A stretch of 64,000 bases of DNA, taken from the NCBI RefSeq assembly GCF_000143415.4, contig NW_003314295.1, positions 463,512 through 527,511 on the forward strand, given 5' to 3'. Of this stretch, positions 11,774 through 22,478 are shown one piece after another; position 1 is the stretch's first letter, and each line of letters opens with the position of its first letter. This DNA comes from Selaginella moellendorffii (lineage: Eukaryota; Plantae; Lycopodiophyta). The position numbers were made by a program, and so were the translations under genes. Under the pieces are notes generated by a model. That model saw only the letters and a list, made by a program, of their open reading frames with translations, was not told where the DNA came from and did not search any database.

Positions 11774-12139
11774 ATGGTGGCGGTGGACGTTGAGCGGTAT
11801 GTTGAGCTCAAGCGCATGATCGACGACTTGGCGATCGAGGCTGGTAACAATAGGAGCATCCGGGTGAGACAATACGATAGCTTCGACTTCGCGGACTATG
11901 ATCACTGGGCCGAGACCAACAACAAGAGGGCGCTCAGGCCGGACTGCCATTACATGGAGGACGAGGTGGCGTTGGATCCTCCCCATGCCGACCGGATCAC
12001 GCGGATGGTGGCCGTGGCGCTCCAGCAAGAGGAGGAAGACAACAGGAGGCAACTGGCTAAGGAGGTGAGCCACTTCACAAGGCAACTGGCGCTTCAGCAA
12101 CAACAAGCCGGGCCACCGAGCAAGAGGGCTCGCCACTGA
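11774..12139 (+). CDS. Orphan 121-aa protein, copy 3 (convergent with DLDG1-like gene; probably the source copy)
   Basis: Intact ORF; stop lies 151 bp from the DLDG1-like stop codon. Confidence 0.5.
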   Translation: MVAVDVERYVELKRMIDDLAIEAGNNRSIRVRQYDSFDFADYDHWAETNNKRALRPDCHYMEDEVALDPPHADRITRMVAVALQQEEEDNRRQLAKEVSHFTRQLALQQQQAGPPSKRARH

Positions 12140-12290
12140 TCGTCGAATCATCCCTTGGAGGGATGATCGAAAACAATCTTGTATCACAAGCATTAACAAA
12201 ACTTGTGAGCAAAGCAAGCTCCTGCGAAGGAGCACAAAAGTTTTGTTGTTTGTACTTCCATATACCTGGCAATGAAGAGATCTTTCAGCT

Positions 12291-14111
12291 TTAGTGGCGT
12301 TCCATCTCGCGGAATATGGCCGTGAGGGACGGAGACAAGCGAGGAAGATTTCGGAAAACCTGTTGCAAAGGTGGTGGTGGTCAGTGTTTTGGTAATAGGA
12401 GCAATGTACCCATAGCTTGAAGCAGGCATCGATGGTCACTGGAACTATCGCCACGAAGGAAGATATGGAAGCTTCGTTGGCCTTCATGCCGTAGTGCTCG
12501 AGGAAAAGGTTCACCACGGTCACCCAGCCCGACTCGGAATGGTACCTAGAAAGTGGAAACATCGCTTGGTTTCATACTGTTCACAAGGAAAAGAAAACAC
12601 AAGATGGTACCCGAGGAATATGTCCGAGAAAAGAATGATAAAGAATGCCTTCCCAATGTCTGAAAGATTGCTGAAGAGACGAATACCTGAGTAACTCATG
12701 AGCTCCACCTGGTGGAAGTGAGAAGTTAAACACAAGAGCCATGAGAATTCCTGTTGTGACGTACTTGCACTGGATTGAGTATGATCAGGAGCATCAACAC
12801 TACTCCTGCCACCAAATCGGACCAGACGCTTGCAAAATTGCTTCGATTCTCTGCTCTGACTTCCTCGACCAATTCTAGCCTGGAAAAGCAACTTGAGCGG
12901 AGAACAAAGAAGCAAAGCCTGGAAACCAAGAAACTTACGCTTCGTCGTGAAGATGCTGCGTTAGTTTCTCTTCGGAAATGGGAGGAGCGATTCCAATCCT
13001 GACCTCGAACATCAAACGCTTCTCTTCGTCCTCCAGCGGAGGAACCACTCTCTTGGTCATTTGTGAGTCCGTGACGTCGAATGCCCTGGCCGCGAAAGGT
13101 ACGAGCTCGACATATCTACACAGGACTAAAAGCAAAGCTGTGAGTGACGAAACCACGAGGAGCACAGATTTCCTACCTCTTTAAGAAGGGGACCAGCAGG
13201 CAGTCATGCACAACGAAGTCTGCAAGCCACGGTATCAAAATGAGGCACGCAGCGAACTTCACCTGAAACATAAACACTGGACAAATAAATCTCTCGAGAT
13301 CTTGAAAGGAAGAACACCAACTTACTGTTGATCTTGCCGCGGACCTCGCAAATCCCCTCTCGAACTTGTTCTCCTGGTGCCACTCGAGAGGCTCTTGGAA
13401 CAAATCCGAGAATGGCCCGGTTGCTTTCCTAGCCTTTCCAAAGCTATCCAGCTCCGACCGAAGGTACTTAAGCTCCTCTTCTTTCTTGTGGAGTAGCTCC
13501 TGCTCGATCTCATCAACTTCTCCCCGAGAAGAAACTTCTTCGTCCCTAGATTTCTCCCAGCTCTCACCATCCAGCCAATCTTCCCAGCTATCACTGCGGG
13601 GGTCTCGTCCCCTCTTTCGGTACCAGCGGAGCTCGTTGATGGCGTCAACTCGCTGCTTCCAGGATTTAATCTCCTCGTCGTCGAGCATCATGCGTCCAAT
13701 CTCGTCCATGGCGGCCTCGTCGTTGTGCTCTCTCCACCAGTCGAAGTCGTCGAGCAAGAGTTTCTTCCACCAGCTTTCTCTCCTAGGACGCTTTGCATGT
13801 ATCCTCCATTCCAAGCCCCTGGCAATCAACCTTCTCTTCGCGCTGGAGAAGCTAAAGTTTCCACTGCCGCTGCCGCTACTAGCTACAAAAATTCGCCTCG
13901 CATTCCTCGAGCTCCTGGCAATCGATCCTCTAGTAGTCCTACAGAAATGCGAGTGCCCGAAGCGATCGGATACCAAAATCCGCTTCCAATTGCTTGGAAA
14001 CTCTGCTTGAATCCACACGAATCTCTGGCTCCTCGCTCCTGAGCTCTTGAAATCGGTGGAGAGCTTACCGGGGCGAAGAATTCCATCTCCCCAGGGCCGC
14101 TCGCAACGCAT
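12291..14111 (-). CDS. DLDG1: Nuclear-encoded CemA/Ycf10-like chloroplast envelope proton-extrusion protein (DLDG1-like), multi-exon
   Basis: Spliced product: RESWWKKLLLDD...WKQRVDAINELR...WEDWL...KFAACLILIPWLADFVVHDCLLVPFLKRYVELVP...ENRSNFASVWSD...NLSDIGKAFFIILFSDIFLGYHSESGW...IDACFKLW-VFRNLPRLSPSLTAIFREMERH*. Last exon 12291-12359 follows a CAG acceptor. ATG 14111 preferred; in-frame ATG at 14174 also possible. Confidence 0.9.
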
Positions 14112-14175
14112 TTCTCTCCGGCATAGAAGCGCATCCTCATAAACCCAAAAACCTAAAGATCCCACCATATCCATT

Positions 14176-14216
14176 TGCCACGTGGCATACGCCCCTCTAA
14201 TAATCTGCCACGTGTC
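14176..14216. promoter_or_regulatory. Paired G-box/ABRE elements upstream of DLDG1-like gene
   Basis: Perfect palindrome TGCCACGTGGCA (14176-14187) and TGCCACGTGTC (14206-14216). Confidence 0.65.
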
Positions 14217-14298
14217 TTTATTTTAACTTTAGAACTTTGAAGAACTTTGGGAAAAAGGTTCATGGATTTCCAAAGAAAAATCCTCAGTGTAGTAAGAT

Positions 14299-17200
14299 CT
14301 ACAACATCGGCGGAGCAGACTCTGAGCTCTCAGGCACGTCGCTCAAGAATGTATCCCTGCTCTTCACTTCTGCTCGCTCCCTGTCCTCGTCGTCACGACC
14401 CGATGATCTTTGCTCTTGCTGCTGCTCTTCTTGGTCCTGCTGTTCTTGCTGCTGCTCTTGCTCGTGATCATCTTTCTGCTGTTCTCCTTGCTCTCCTCCT
14501 CCATCTCCTGTTGCTGGCGTTGTCGTCGTCGCCTCGCTGCTTGCAAACACCATGCTCCTAAACGTTTCAATCAATCCTCTGGCTCCACCGGAAGAAGATG
14601 AAGCAGCGGCGCCTCTCCCTCCTCCTGGGTCTGGTAGTCACGACGGCGTGAAACGAGAGTTGGAAGAACTGTTTTTGACGAGGACGAACAATCCAGTTGT
14701 TGGTGGTGGACTCTTTTCGACACCTGGATCACTCTGCTTATACGAGCGAACACCCAAAGAGAGGTTAACAAAGCCATCGTTGCTCTTCGCTCTTTCCGCT
14801 CTATGCATGGCTTTGCTTTTACGTACCTTGCGACTCGGGGAAAATAAAACCGTGGACTTCCTGCTTCTCCTTCTCAACGATTGTAGAATTGGTTGAATAA
14901 GGACTCCTACGCATGCCCTGGTCATGGATCCAGTTAGAAAGGCGAGCTTGAGCTTGCAAAGAGAGGCCTTTACCTGTCTAAACTTCCCTCCGTGGATGGC
15001 TGGCGTGAAGGTGCATTCGGCCATCTCTTGCTTTTGCTTCTCTTTCCGCAACGCCTCGACTCTGGCAATCCGTTCTTGTCTATCCAACAAGATCAGTTTG
15101 TACCATTGACTCCTAGTGCTGCAAACAGGAAGGAATCCGAGAGTCAGGAGCATAAAGAGTTTTAAGAAACCGAGAACCAAAACAGTGCTCGTCACGCACC
15201 TAAACTTTCTCCTACGAGCAGCAAGCGAGCGAGAGAGGCGGCACATCTTAAACTGGAACGGGAACTTCTCGTCCTTCTTCCGTAGCTTGAAAACGTTATG
15301 CAAGCCACTGGATACAATCTTTTTCTGCAAAGTCGCGTGAAGCAACTCCGAGTGTCAGCTGATCAAACCAAGCGAAAAACGAAACAGTTGAAACCAAGTT
15401 CCATTACCTGCGCTGTTTGCATGAGTTTTTGGAACGTATCGTATGACAATGAACCTTTGCCATCGTCCATGCCCATGACAATCTTAATCTCGTCCACCAC
15501 TTCGTCCGAGAACAAGGCAGTGTCGGCTTTTTCGAGATCAACGTAGCCACTCTGAATTTTTTTCACAAAATAGAGCGCGTTAAAGTTCTTCTGTTGGTTG
15601 AAACGACACTTCTACAAACCTTATCTTTGTCGAGATGATCAAAGATTTGTTTCAACCTCCTTTCCTTGAGGTGATCCAGCAGCTGCCCGGATTTCGTACC
15701 AACGTAGTGTGACTTGGCAAGCTCAATCCTGTGTTGGATATCTCTGTCCATGAGAGACTTCTTCTTGTCCTCCATAGCAAATTTCATCTGGTATAGAAAC
15801 TCCCCGATAGGCAAATTCCTCTGCAAAAAGAACAAGACAATGAAACATCCACAACTCAACAAGCTATGAAACGCAAAGAACGAAAAAACGAGTACAAAAT
15901 CATTCGACCAACCTCGCCAACAGGCTGTCGGCCGATTGTTGGAGTGAAAAACTCCTGACCCGTGGTCGGATCGATCAGCTTCCGGCCTCCGGGTTCCAAA
16001 AGCTTTTGCTTCTTCTCGGCGAGCCTTTCAGCGTACTGCAGCAACCGATCAAAGACAGTCGTGTTGCTTTCGTCGACTTGTCCACCGTCTCCAGTTTTGT
16101 TGATGTGAGGATGAAATGTAACTCTGGACGAAGAACAAGGCGAGGGTGAGAAACACAACCAGAGAGAAGGAAGGTTCTGGTAGAAATAGAAAGAAACAAA
16201 TAATTTACACACCCTTCGGGATACCATTGCATGTATTCCGCTTGACGTCGCCTCCGGTGCTCGGCATCGTAAAACAGCTGCTCGAACCGTGTCGTGGTTT
16301 GGACGTCACGACGCTCAAACGAATGCAAGTAGTTTATCCTGGGTTTGAAGGTGCACTCCATAAGCTTGGCTTCCCACAACTGAAAGAAACATCAAGCGTT
16401 TACTACGTTTTCAAGGAATGAAAGAATGAGTGTAAGTACCTCATTGCGAAGCTCTTGCAAGTGTTCCTGGTTTTGTTTGTCCTGGACTAGCCTCTCCCAC
16501 ACAACTTCCGTTCTCTTCAAACGTTTGGCGAGCTTACTTCATGCACGTAACAGGGAAGGGAGGCTGCTGATTAGAAACAAAACAGCGAACAAACTAGCTT
16601 TATAACTGTGTGTTTTGTTGCTGGAAAAGAGAAGAAGAGAAGCAAAGTTTACCTGATCTCTGGCTTGGGAGAGATGAGCTTCAACTCGTTCATCTCGTCC
16701 TCCTGCTGCTTCTTCTCGATTTGCCGCCGCCGCTCCTGGTCCTTAGCAACAGCCTCCTGGTACAAGAGCTCGCCATAGTTTTGGAACTGCTCGGCCTCTC
16801 GTTCTCTGTTTCGCATCAATCGCCTACTTCTCTGAGAGGAAACTTTGAGCGCTAGTTAAGACAAAACGCATTCTTCTTGTTGTTTACCAGTGAAGTAACC
16901 GGTCGATCCTTCACCATCTTCTCATGGTATTGTTCCGCGATCAGCCGTGCTTCTTCCTCGACCCGTTGCTTTTGCCTTATATAGTCAGTATAAAGTCTCA
17001 AGCAGAGAGCTTTCTACACGAAAGGAAAAGGAAAAAAAAAAGAAAAAGAAAACTTTGTAAGAATGGATCAAGGTGAAAAAAACGCTCACCATCTTCTCGG
17101 ATAGCTCGGCCTTCCTTTTGTGCCTCTTTTCCTTCTTCCCCCTGTCGACGGTCTTGGTAGAAAACGTAAACGTGTGTTGGAGGAGCCTCTCGGAGAACTT

Positions 17201-17671
17201 AGCTGGTTTGATCCCCCTCCTGGCGGCCTGGTACTTCCGAAACTCCTCCAGCGTTTTGGGCTTCTCCATGTAAGCTCTCCTGGCCTGGCTGATAACATCC
17301 ATGGGGAGCTGCTTTTGCTTTTGCTGGCCCTTCCTCCCACGCCGCTGCCCATGCTCCTCGGCGGCGCCACCGCCACCACCACCGCCACCCTTCCCCTTTG
17401 GACTGCCACCATCGCCGCGCTGATGCTCACGGTTGATGCTCCGGAGGTTGTAGGTGATGTGCTCCGTCAATGGCACCACGAACTGGAGCGGCAGATCGTG
17501 CTGCTTGCAAAACGCGGTGGACACCTCCTCCGGGGAGTCGCCCTGCTTCAACTCGATCTGCTCCACGCGCCCGTCCTCGATCTCCACCGTGATGGAGAGA
17601 ACCACGCGCGGGTCATGGTCATCGGCCACGGACTCTTCGATCTCCCCACCGCTGGGGCTCTCGCTTGACAT
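14299..17671 (-). CDS. Multi-exon coiled-coil protein with N-terminal ubiquitin/PFU-like module, repeated (C)TFxP motifs and EF-hand-like loops; 3' end approximate
   Basis: VVLSITVEIEDGRVEQIELKQGDSPEEVSTAFCKQHDL; ECTFKPRIN, VTFHPHIN, FFTPTIGR, ECTFTPAI; IFDHLDKDK-SGYVDLE; many short GT-AG introns. Confidence 0.65.
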
Positions 17672-17960
17672 CTGGGCGATGGCGATCGACCCACCTCGCA
17701 AAAACTCAGCTTTGGGCGCCTCCTGGATCTCTCCTCCTCATCCCCGCGCCAATGCCAATCCTGGATCCTCGCCGCCGCCGCTCCGCGCCGCGATCGAGCT
17801 GAGAATGCCGCTGGGCGCCCTGTGCTAACGGAAAAGAGTGTGCTTACTGTGCTTCCAGTCGCGAGGGGTCGAGACTCTTCGGCGAGGGGCGTTCTCTTTC
17901 GCCCCCCGGGTCGTTCGTTACGAGATTCTCGGTGTGACACGTATGCCCTAAAAGCCCGGC

Positions 17961-17987
17961 GCGCGCCACCGTGGCGCGCCACGTGGC
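17961..17987. promoter_or_regulatory. GC-rich palindrome overlapping a G-box in the divergent promoter
   Basis: gcgcgccac-c-gtggcgcgc (17961-17979) and GCCACGTGGC (17978-17987). Confidence 0.5.
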
Positions 17988-18079
17988 CGCAACGGCCACG
18001 ATCCGCCCAACGAGGAGCGCTTTAACGGAATCTTTTTATAACGGTCAACGAACATTCTGTGAGGATGTGAGCCTTATCC

Positions 18080-18207
18080 GGGATCGAACCCGCGACGTGT
18101 CTGTGGCTGGGATCGAACCCAGGCGATTGGCTAGGGCTAGGCTTTTGGTGGGCATCGAACACCAGCGCGCGCGAGGGGCGGGTGTGCGGGGGTGGGGGAT
18201 CGAACCC
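18080..18207 (-). promoter_or_regulatory. Array of four Pol III B-box (TFIIIC-binding) motifs without a tRNA gene
   Basis: GGGATCGAACCC at 18080-18091, 18109-18120 and 18196-18207; GGCATCGAACAC at 18151-18162. Reverse complements GGGTTCGATCCC / GTGTTCGATGCC fit the GTTCRANNC consensus. Confidence 0.8.
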
Positions 18208-18258
18208 AGTGCCGGTGCGTGTTAACACTTTCTCGATTCGATCCGGGGACAGTTGGTC

Positions 18259-21200
18259 ATGGTGGCGGGATCACGCCGTCGCGCTAGTGAACACCTTGGC
18301 TCTTCTTCTACTAGTGGGAAGCGCCCTAGATATGGCGCCTCCTCTTCTTCCTCCACACCCACATTGCTAGGGCGCGGGGGGCGCGCGTCGTCTAGGGCTG
18401 CCAATGGCGCGCGGGCGTCGTCGTCCGTGGTGGCGGACGATCCCGATTTCGAGCCGGGGGATTCCGAGTGCGTGGCGCTGCCCGAGGATTCTTGGTTTGG
18501 GGCGGAGGAGGCGGCCGCGGCGATCGTTCCAGTTGTCGAGGATGCCGATGTCTCTGCTGCAACCGCCGCAGCTTCATCGTCGGCCATGCCGCTGTGCTCC
18601 GGCCCTCCAGCACAGGCTTTCGCGCTCTCCGCCACTCCTCTCTACCCTAATTCCGTCAGGTGGTCTGAGGACAACCTCCTTGCAGTTGCCGCTGGACATA
18701 TGGTCACTATACTGGTGAGTTCTTCCCATGCATTGCCTTGTTCTTGCTGAAACTTTTCTTTTTTCGTGAAGAATCCAGCATCGCTGTCGGGTCCCCGGAG
18801 CTTTGTGTCCGTCTCCGTGAAGCCGAGCTTCGATTTTGGCACCGTGAATCGTGATGGTACGTGTTAAGTTCGTTCTTGTGAGTAAGCTTTTGCCTAGATT
18901 TTGCTTTTAGAGTTAAAGCATCATTTGCTGATGCCGCTTACGCTCTCGAGGGATTCTCGTGCCGTGGTTCGCTCGATCGATTGGTCTCCGCAAGGTGTTG
19001 GATCCCATGGAGGGTACTTCTTTTTCTTTGTTCTCAAGTCACAGGCCTCTGATGTTTTCGTTTTCTCTCGGGCATTTTTTTCTTATCTTAGATGTCTTCT
19101 TGCGGTTGCCACGACAGATTATCGAGTGAAGCTGCACTCGCCACCCATGTCCGAGTATCGATCTGAGTGGATCGAGGTAAGCCACGCTTCCCTTGTTGTC
19201 TCTTGTTAACTATGAATTTGTATTGGCAGTTGTTAGACGTTTCAGAGATGATGTTTGAGTATTGTATGAAGTTTGAGTTTTTGGAAACGGAAGCATCGTT
19301 TGACATGGTACTCCTTTCGCTGACAGTTTTCTTTCATGATTGACCAGCATTTTGATAGATGTCAGATGGCATAGCTTTCAACAGAGCTTACAAGAGGCAA
19401 GGACAAATGTCCCCAGCTGAGGATCTGCTTCAGAAAAGGAGGAGAACTAGGTACTTTTACGTTTACGCACGCAGCTTTATTTTTGAAATGTTCTGCTTGT
19501 GCAGCACACCGGAGGCTTCAGTGCTTGGAATGGAGGTGAGCTACTTGTTTTGTGCTGATGGTTTTGAGCTGACTCGCATCTACTCGCAGGCTGGAAATTT
19601 ACTTAACCGTCCTCCTGTTCTATGGGATGGGCAAGCATCTCTTGCTTCAGCCCATATGAAACCTCTTGCAAACGACGGCATGGCGGATGATGCTATGAAG
19701 GTATAACTTGAATTTATCTTCAGATGACGTAACGCCTCAATGCCAGAAACGCGGTAGAAGAGGGACTTACAGTGAACAGCTTTCAGGTGCTTGTGATTTT
19801 ATATTGTTTTTTCTACGCTTCTAAGCAGGTTATGTTCTCGTAGGCTCTGCTGACGTTGAAGGTTTCGACGACGGAAAACAAACTAAAAAGAGAAAACAGC
19901 TGAGAGTCAGAGATGGACAGCTCTCGAATCTAACCGTCACCGCGCCCCAATACATGACAAGGAGTTCAATGCTGGCCTCTCTAGCCTTGGCATGGTCCTC
20001 GAAGTGCTCTTGCTGTGATAGCAACTCGCGAGTTTTTAGTGCTGTTTTTCTGTCGGTTGGGACGAAGTCTGGCATGGTTGGCTTCTGGCGGCTATCAACA
20101 CCTGACGTATACTCGGTTGAAAAAGTGCTACCGCTACCAGACGTAAGCTTTATCGGCTTCTTAAACGCACACGAGTCCTGGGTGACTGCACTTGATTGGG
20201 CGGCTGGAGCTTCAACTGATCAAGTTCTTCTGGCAACCGGAAGCTCTGATGGGAGGTACAGTTCTACCTCGTATCAGTCTATATCTAATGGATCTCACTC
20301 ATGTTACAGTGTCAAGTTGTGGCAAGGAGATACAAGAGTATTGATGCAGTGGCAACCGTCGGCGCTTTTCCTCCCCTGGACACTTCTCTTTCAGGTGAGG
20401 GAACTATCTTGCATTTAGTTTAGTAAATGACTAATGAAAACTCAGGTTACTGGTGTCGACAGTGTGCCAGTGACGTCTTTGGCCTTGAAATATTCAATTG
20501 AGGCGGATAATATTCTTATTGTCGTTGGAAAAGGATCCGGTAGCATTTTAGCTTGTGAATTAACAAGTGCAGGCCAGTGCTCTCGCAGGGCTTGCCTTCC
20601 ACGGGCTCACGACCAAGCGGTATGCTTCCAAATATATGCTTTCATGGTTTGATGTGCTTCGAGTTCCAGGTTATGGGAGTTTGCTGGTCTGCAGACAAAG
20701 ATCAGATATACTCGTGTGGCCAGGTATGTTAACATTTGTTAAGCCACTAAGTTTAAAGTCTGCTTTGACAGGATAACATGCTTCAGCTGTGGGAATTCGC
20801 TGATACGCAACTCGTAGCCGTGGAGACTTCCCTTTTGGCATCTGAGGTCCCGGCAACTGCTCCTGACGTATGTAAAACATTGCAATTGTACCCACACTAA
20901 ACTTCTAAACCTTACAGCTTCCGGCATCGGCGTTGGAATCGTTTTTTGGTGTTGCACTGTCACCTGCAAATCTTTCTCTTGCAATGGTAGGATAGGTACT
21001 TAAATTTCTCTCTCTCACTTTTCCATGTGCAGGTAAGAGGAATTGCTGCTGAAGCTGTAGATCCGATGTATCAATCCAGGTACCTAAGTTGTTTTAATTT
21101 TTTGTTGGCTAGAAATTTAAGATATTGTTTTTCCAAATCGCAGGTCACAAAAGGGTATTGTACAACTGGTCTGGGTTGGACAAGACGAAACTATCGTAAA

Positions 21201-22273
21201 AGCTGATTGTTTCGACGATCCGAGTGCTGGTAGATCGGCTTATACTATTGCTGCAAGCTGGGAGACAAAAATCATATCGGCATTCTCTCATCTAGATCGT
21301 CGAGCCTCGTTCGTCCTATGGGATTTGCTGACAGTTCTATCATTTCTCAAGCAACTCTGTGGAGGAGAGATACTGGGGTCCGTTTTTCAGAAATGGCTCT
21401 CAAATTGGAGTTTCGTAAACACGGGTACTGTCGAGGCTTGCTGCTGGTCAACAGAAGCTCTCAAGACGTGCTTACCAAGCTTGAGTTGCCGATGCCTACA
21501 GACAATGATCGTGATCTTTCGAAGGATAATCCTACAGGACTTGAAGCTTGGACTACTTACAGAAGGGTTGGAAGCCATGCACAATTCTGGATCACGTACC
21601 CAGTTAACTTCAGAGCAGCAAACATGGCTGGAAATCCTTTGGTGCATGGAGCACGAGCTAAGAGAGAGGCTGATGTTCCTGGCTTTGCTCACGGCTTTGT
21701 GGTGCAAGTCCCCTCAAGCAGAGAATGCCCAAGCTAGTGTCAAGATGGAAGCCAGGCTACCAACAGCATTTTTGATGTCCGACTGGATCCTCTTGAACTC
21801 GTCAAAGGTTTCTCCTCAACTGCTGCAGCTCGCCACTGAAGTGCATAAAGTTTATAACAGGTAGCTTCTTTTTTGTGATTGCTGTCAAGATGTTAATGCG
21901 TTTTCGGTCGTGCAGATCTGGATCAAGCTCACAAGAGCGCTGCAGCTACTGCGAGCAAACGGTTCCCTTGGAGTACCTTGAAGTTGGCTATTGCCGCGCA
22001 GAGGGAATCAACACGAGAATAAACCACCGGTTGCAGCGGTGCTCGGCTTCCTTGCAGATCTCCCTCCCTGGTCCGTCGTGGTATTGTACGTGCTGCGGTC
22101 GAAACGCCTTCCAACAGGTTCCAGAGTTTTTTTTCTCCTTGATGTCGAGGGTCCAGATTGAGAGGCTGCCTTCGATTGTGGTGCTGGAGCCCGTTGTGTC
22201 GCGGTGTCCCTTTTGCGGAATCCTGATGCAGAGGATCTTACCGGAGTTTTTCCTCACACCGTCTCTGGTGTAA
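18259..22273 (+). CDS. General transcription factor IIIC 90-kDa subunit (GTF3C4/TFIIIC-delta-like; WD40 plus C-terminal zinc finger), multi-exon
   Basis: N-terminal PLYPNSVRWSEDNLLAVAAGHMVTILNP...VRSIDWSP...CLLAVATTDYRVKLHSPP...EWIE; WD40 AHESWVTALDW/LLATGSSDG; C-terminal CSYC...HRLQRCSASLQ...WYCTCCGR...CPFCGILMQR. Resembles the plant At3g49400-type family as recalled. Alternative start at MPLCSG (18586). Confidence 0.85.
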
Positions 22274-22478
22274 GTAATGAGGTGAGTTCTCTCCTTCCTT
22301 TCAAAAGTTTTTGACGAACTTGCTGTGCTCTCGTTGCAGGCTGGTAGTTCTCAGTGCTGTGTATGTAACGGAAAACGCTTGTAAAATATGATGAGAGAGA
22401 AACTGATTATCAAACAAGCTGGTAACACACTTTTCTTTGAGATATGCATTTTTTCACACCTCTAGCTAGCTGCTCTCC

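Noticed and set aside
18075-18210. tRNA gene cluster or CRISPR-like repeat-spacer array
   Set aside because: No A-box, D-arm or anticodon arm, and units are too short for tRNAs; the repeats are only 12 bp, in eukaryotic DNA with no cas genes. Treated as B-box sites instead.
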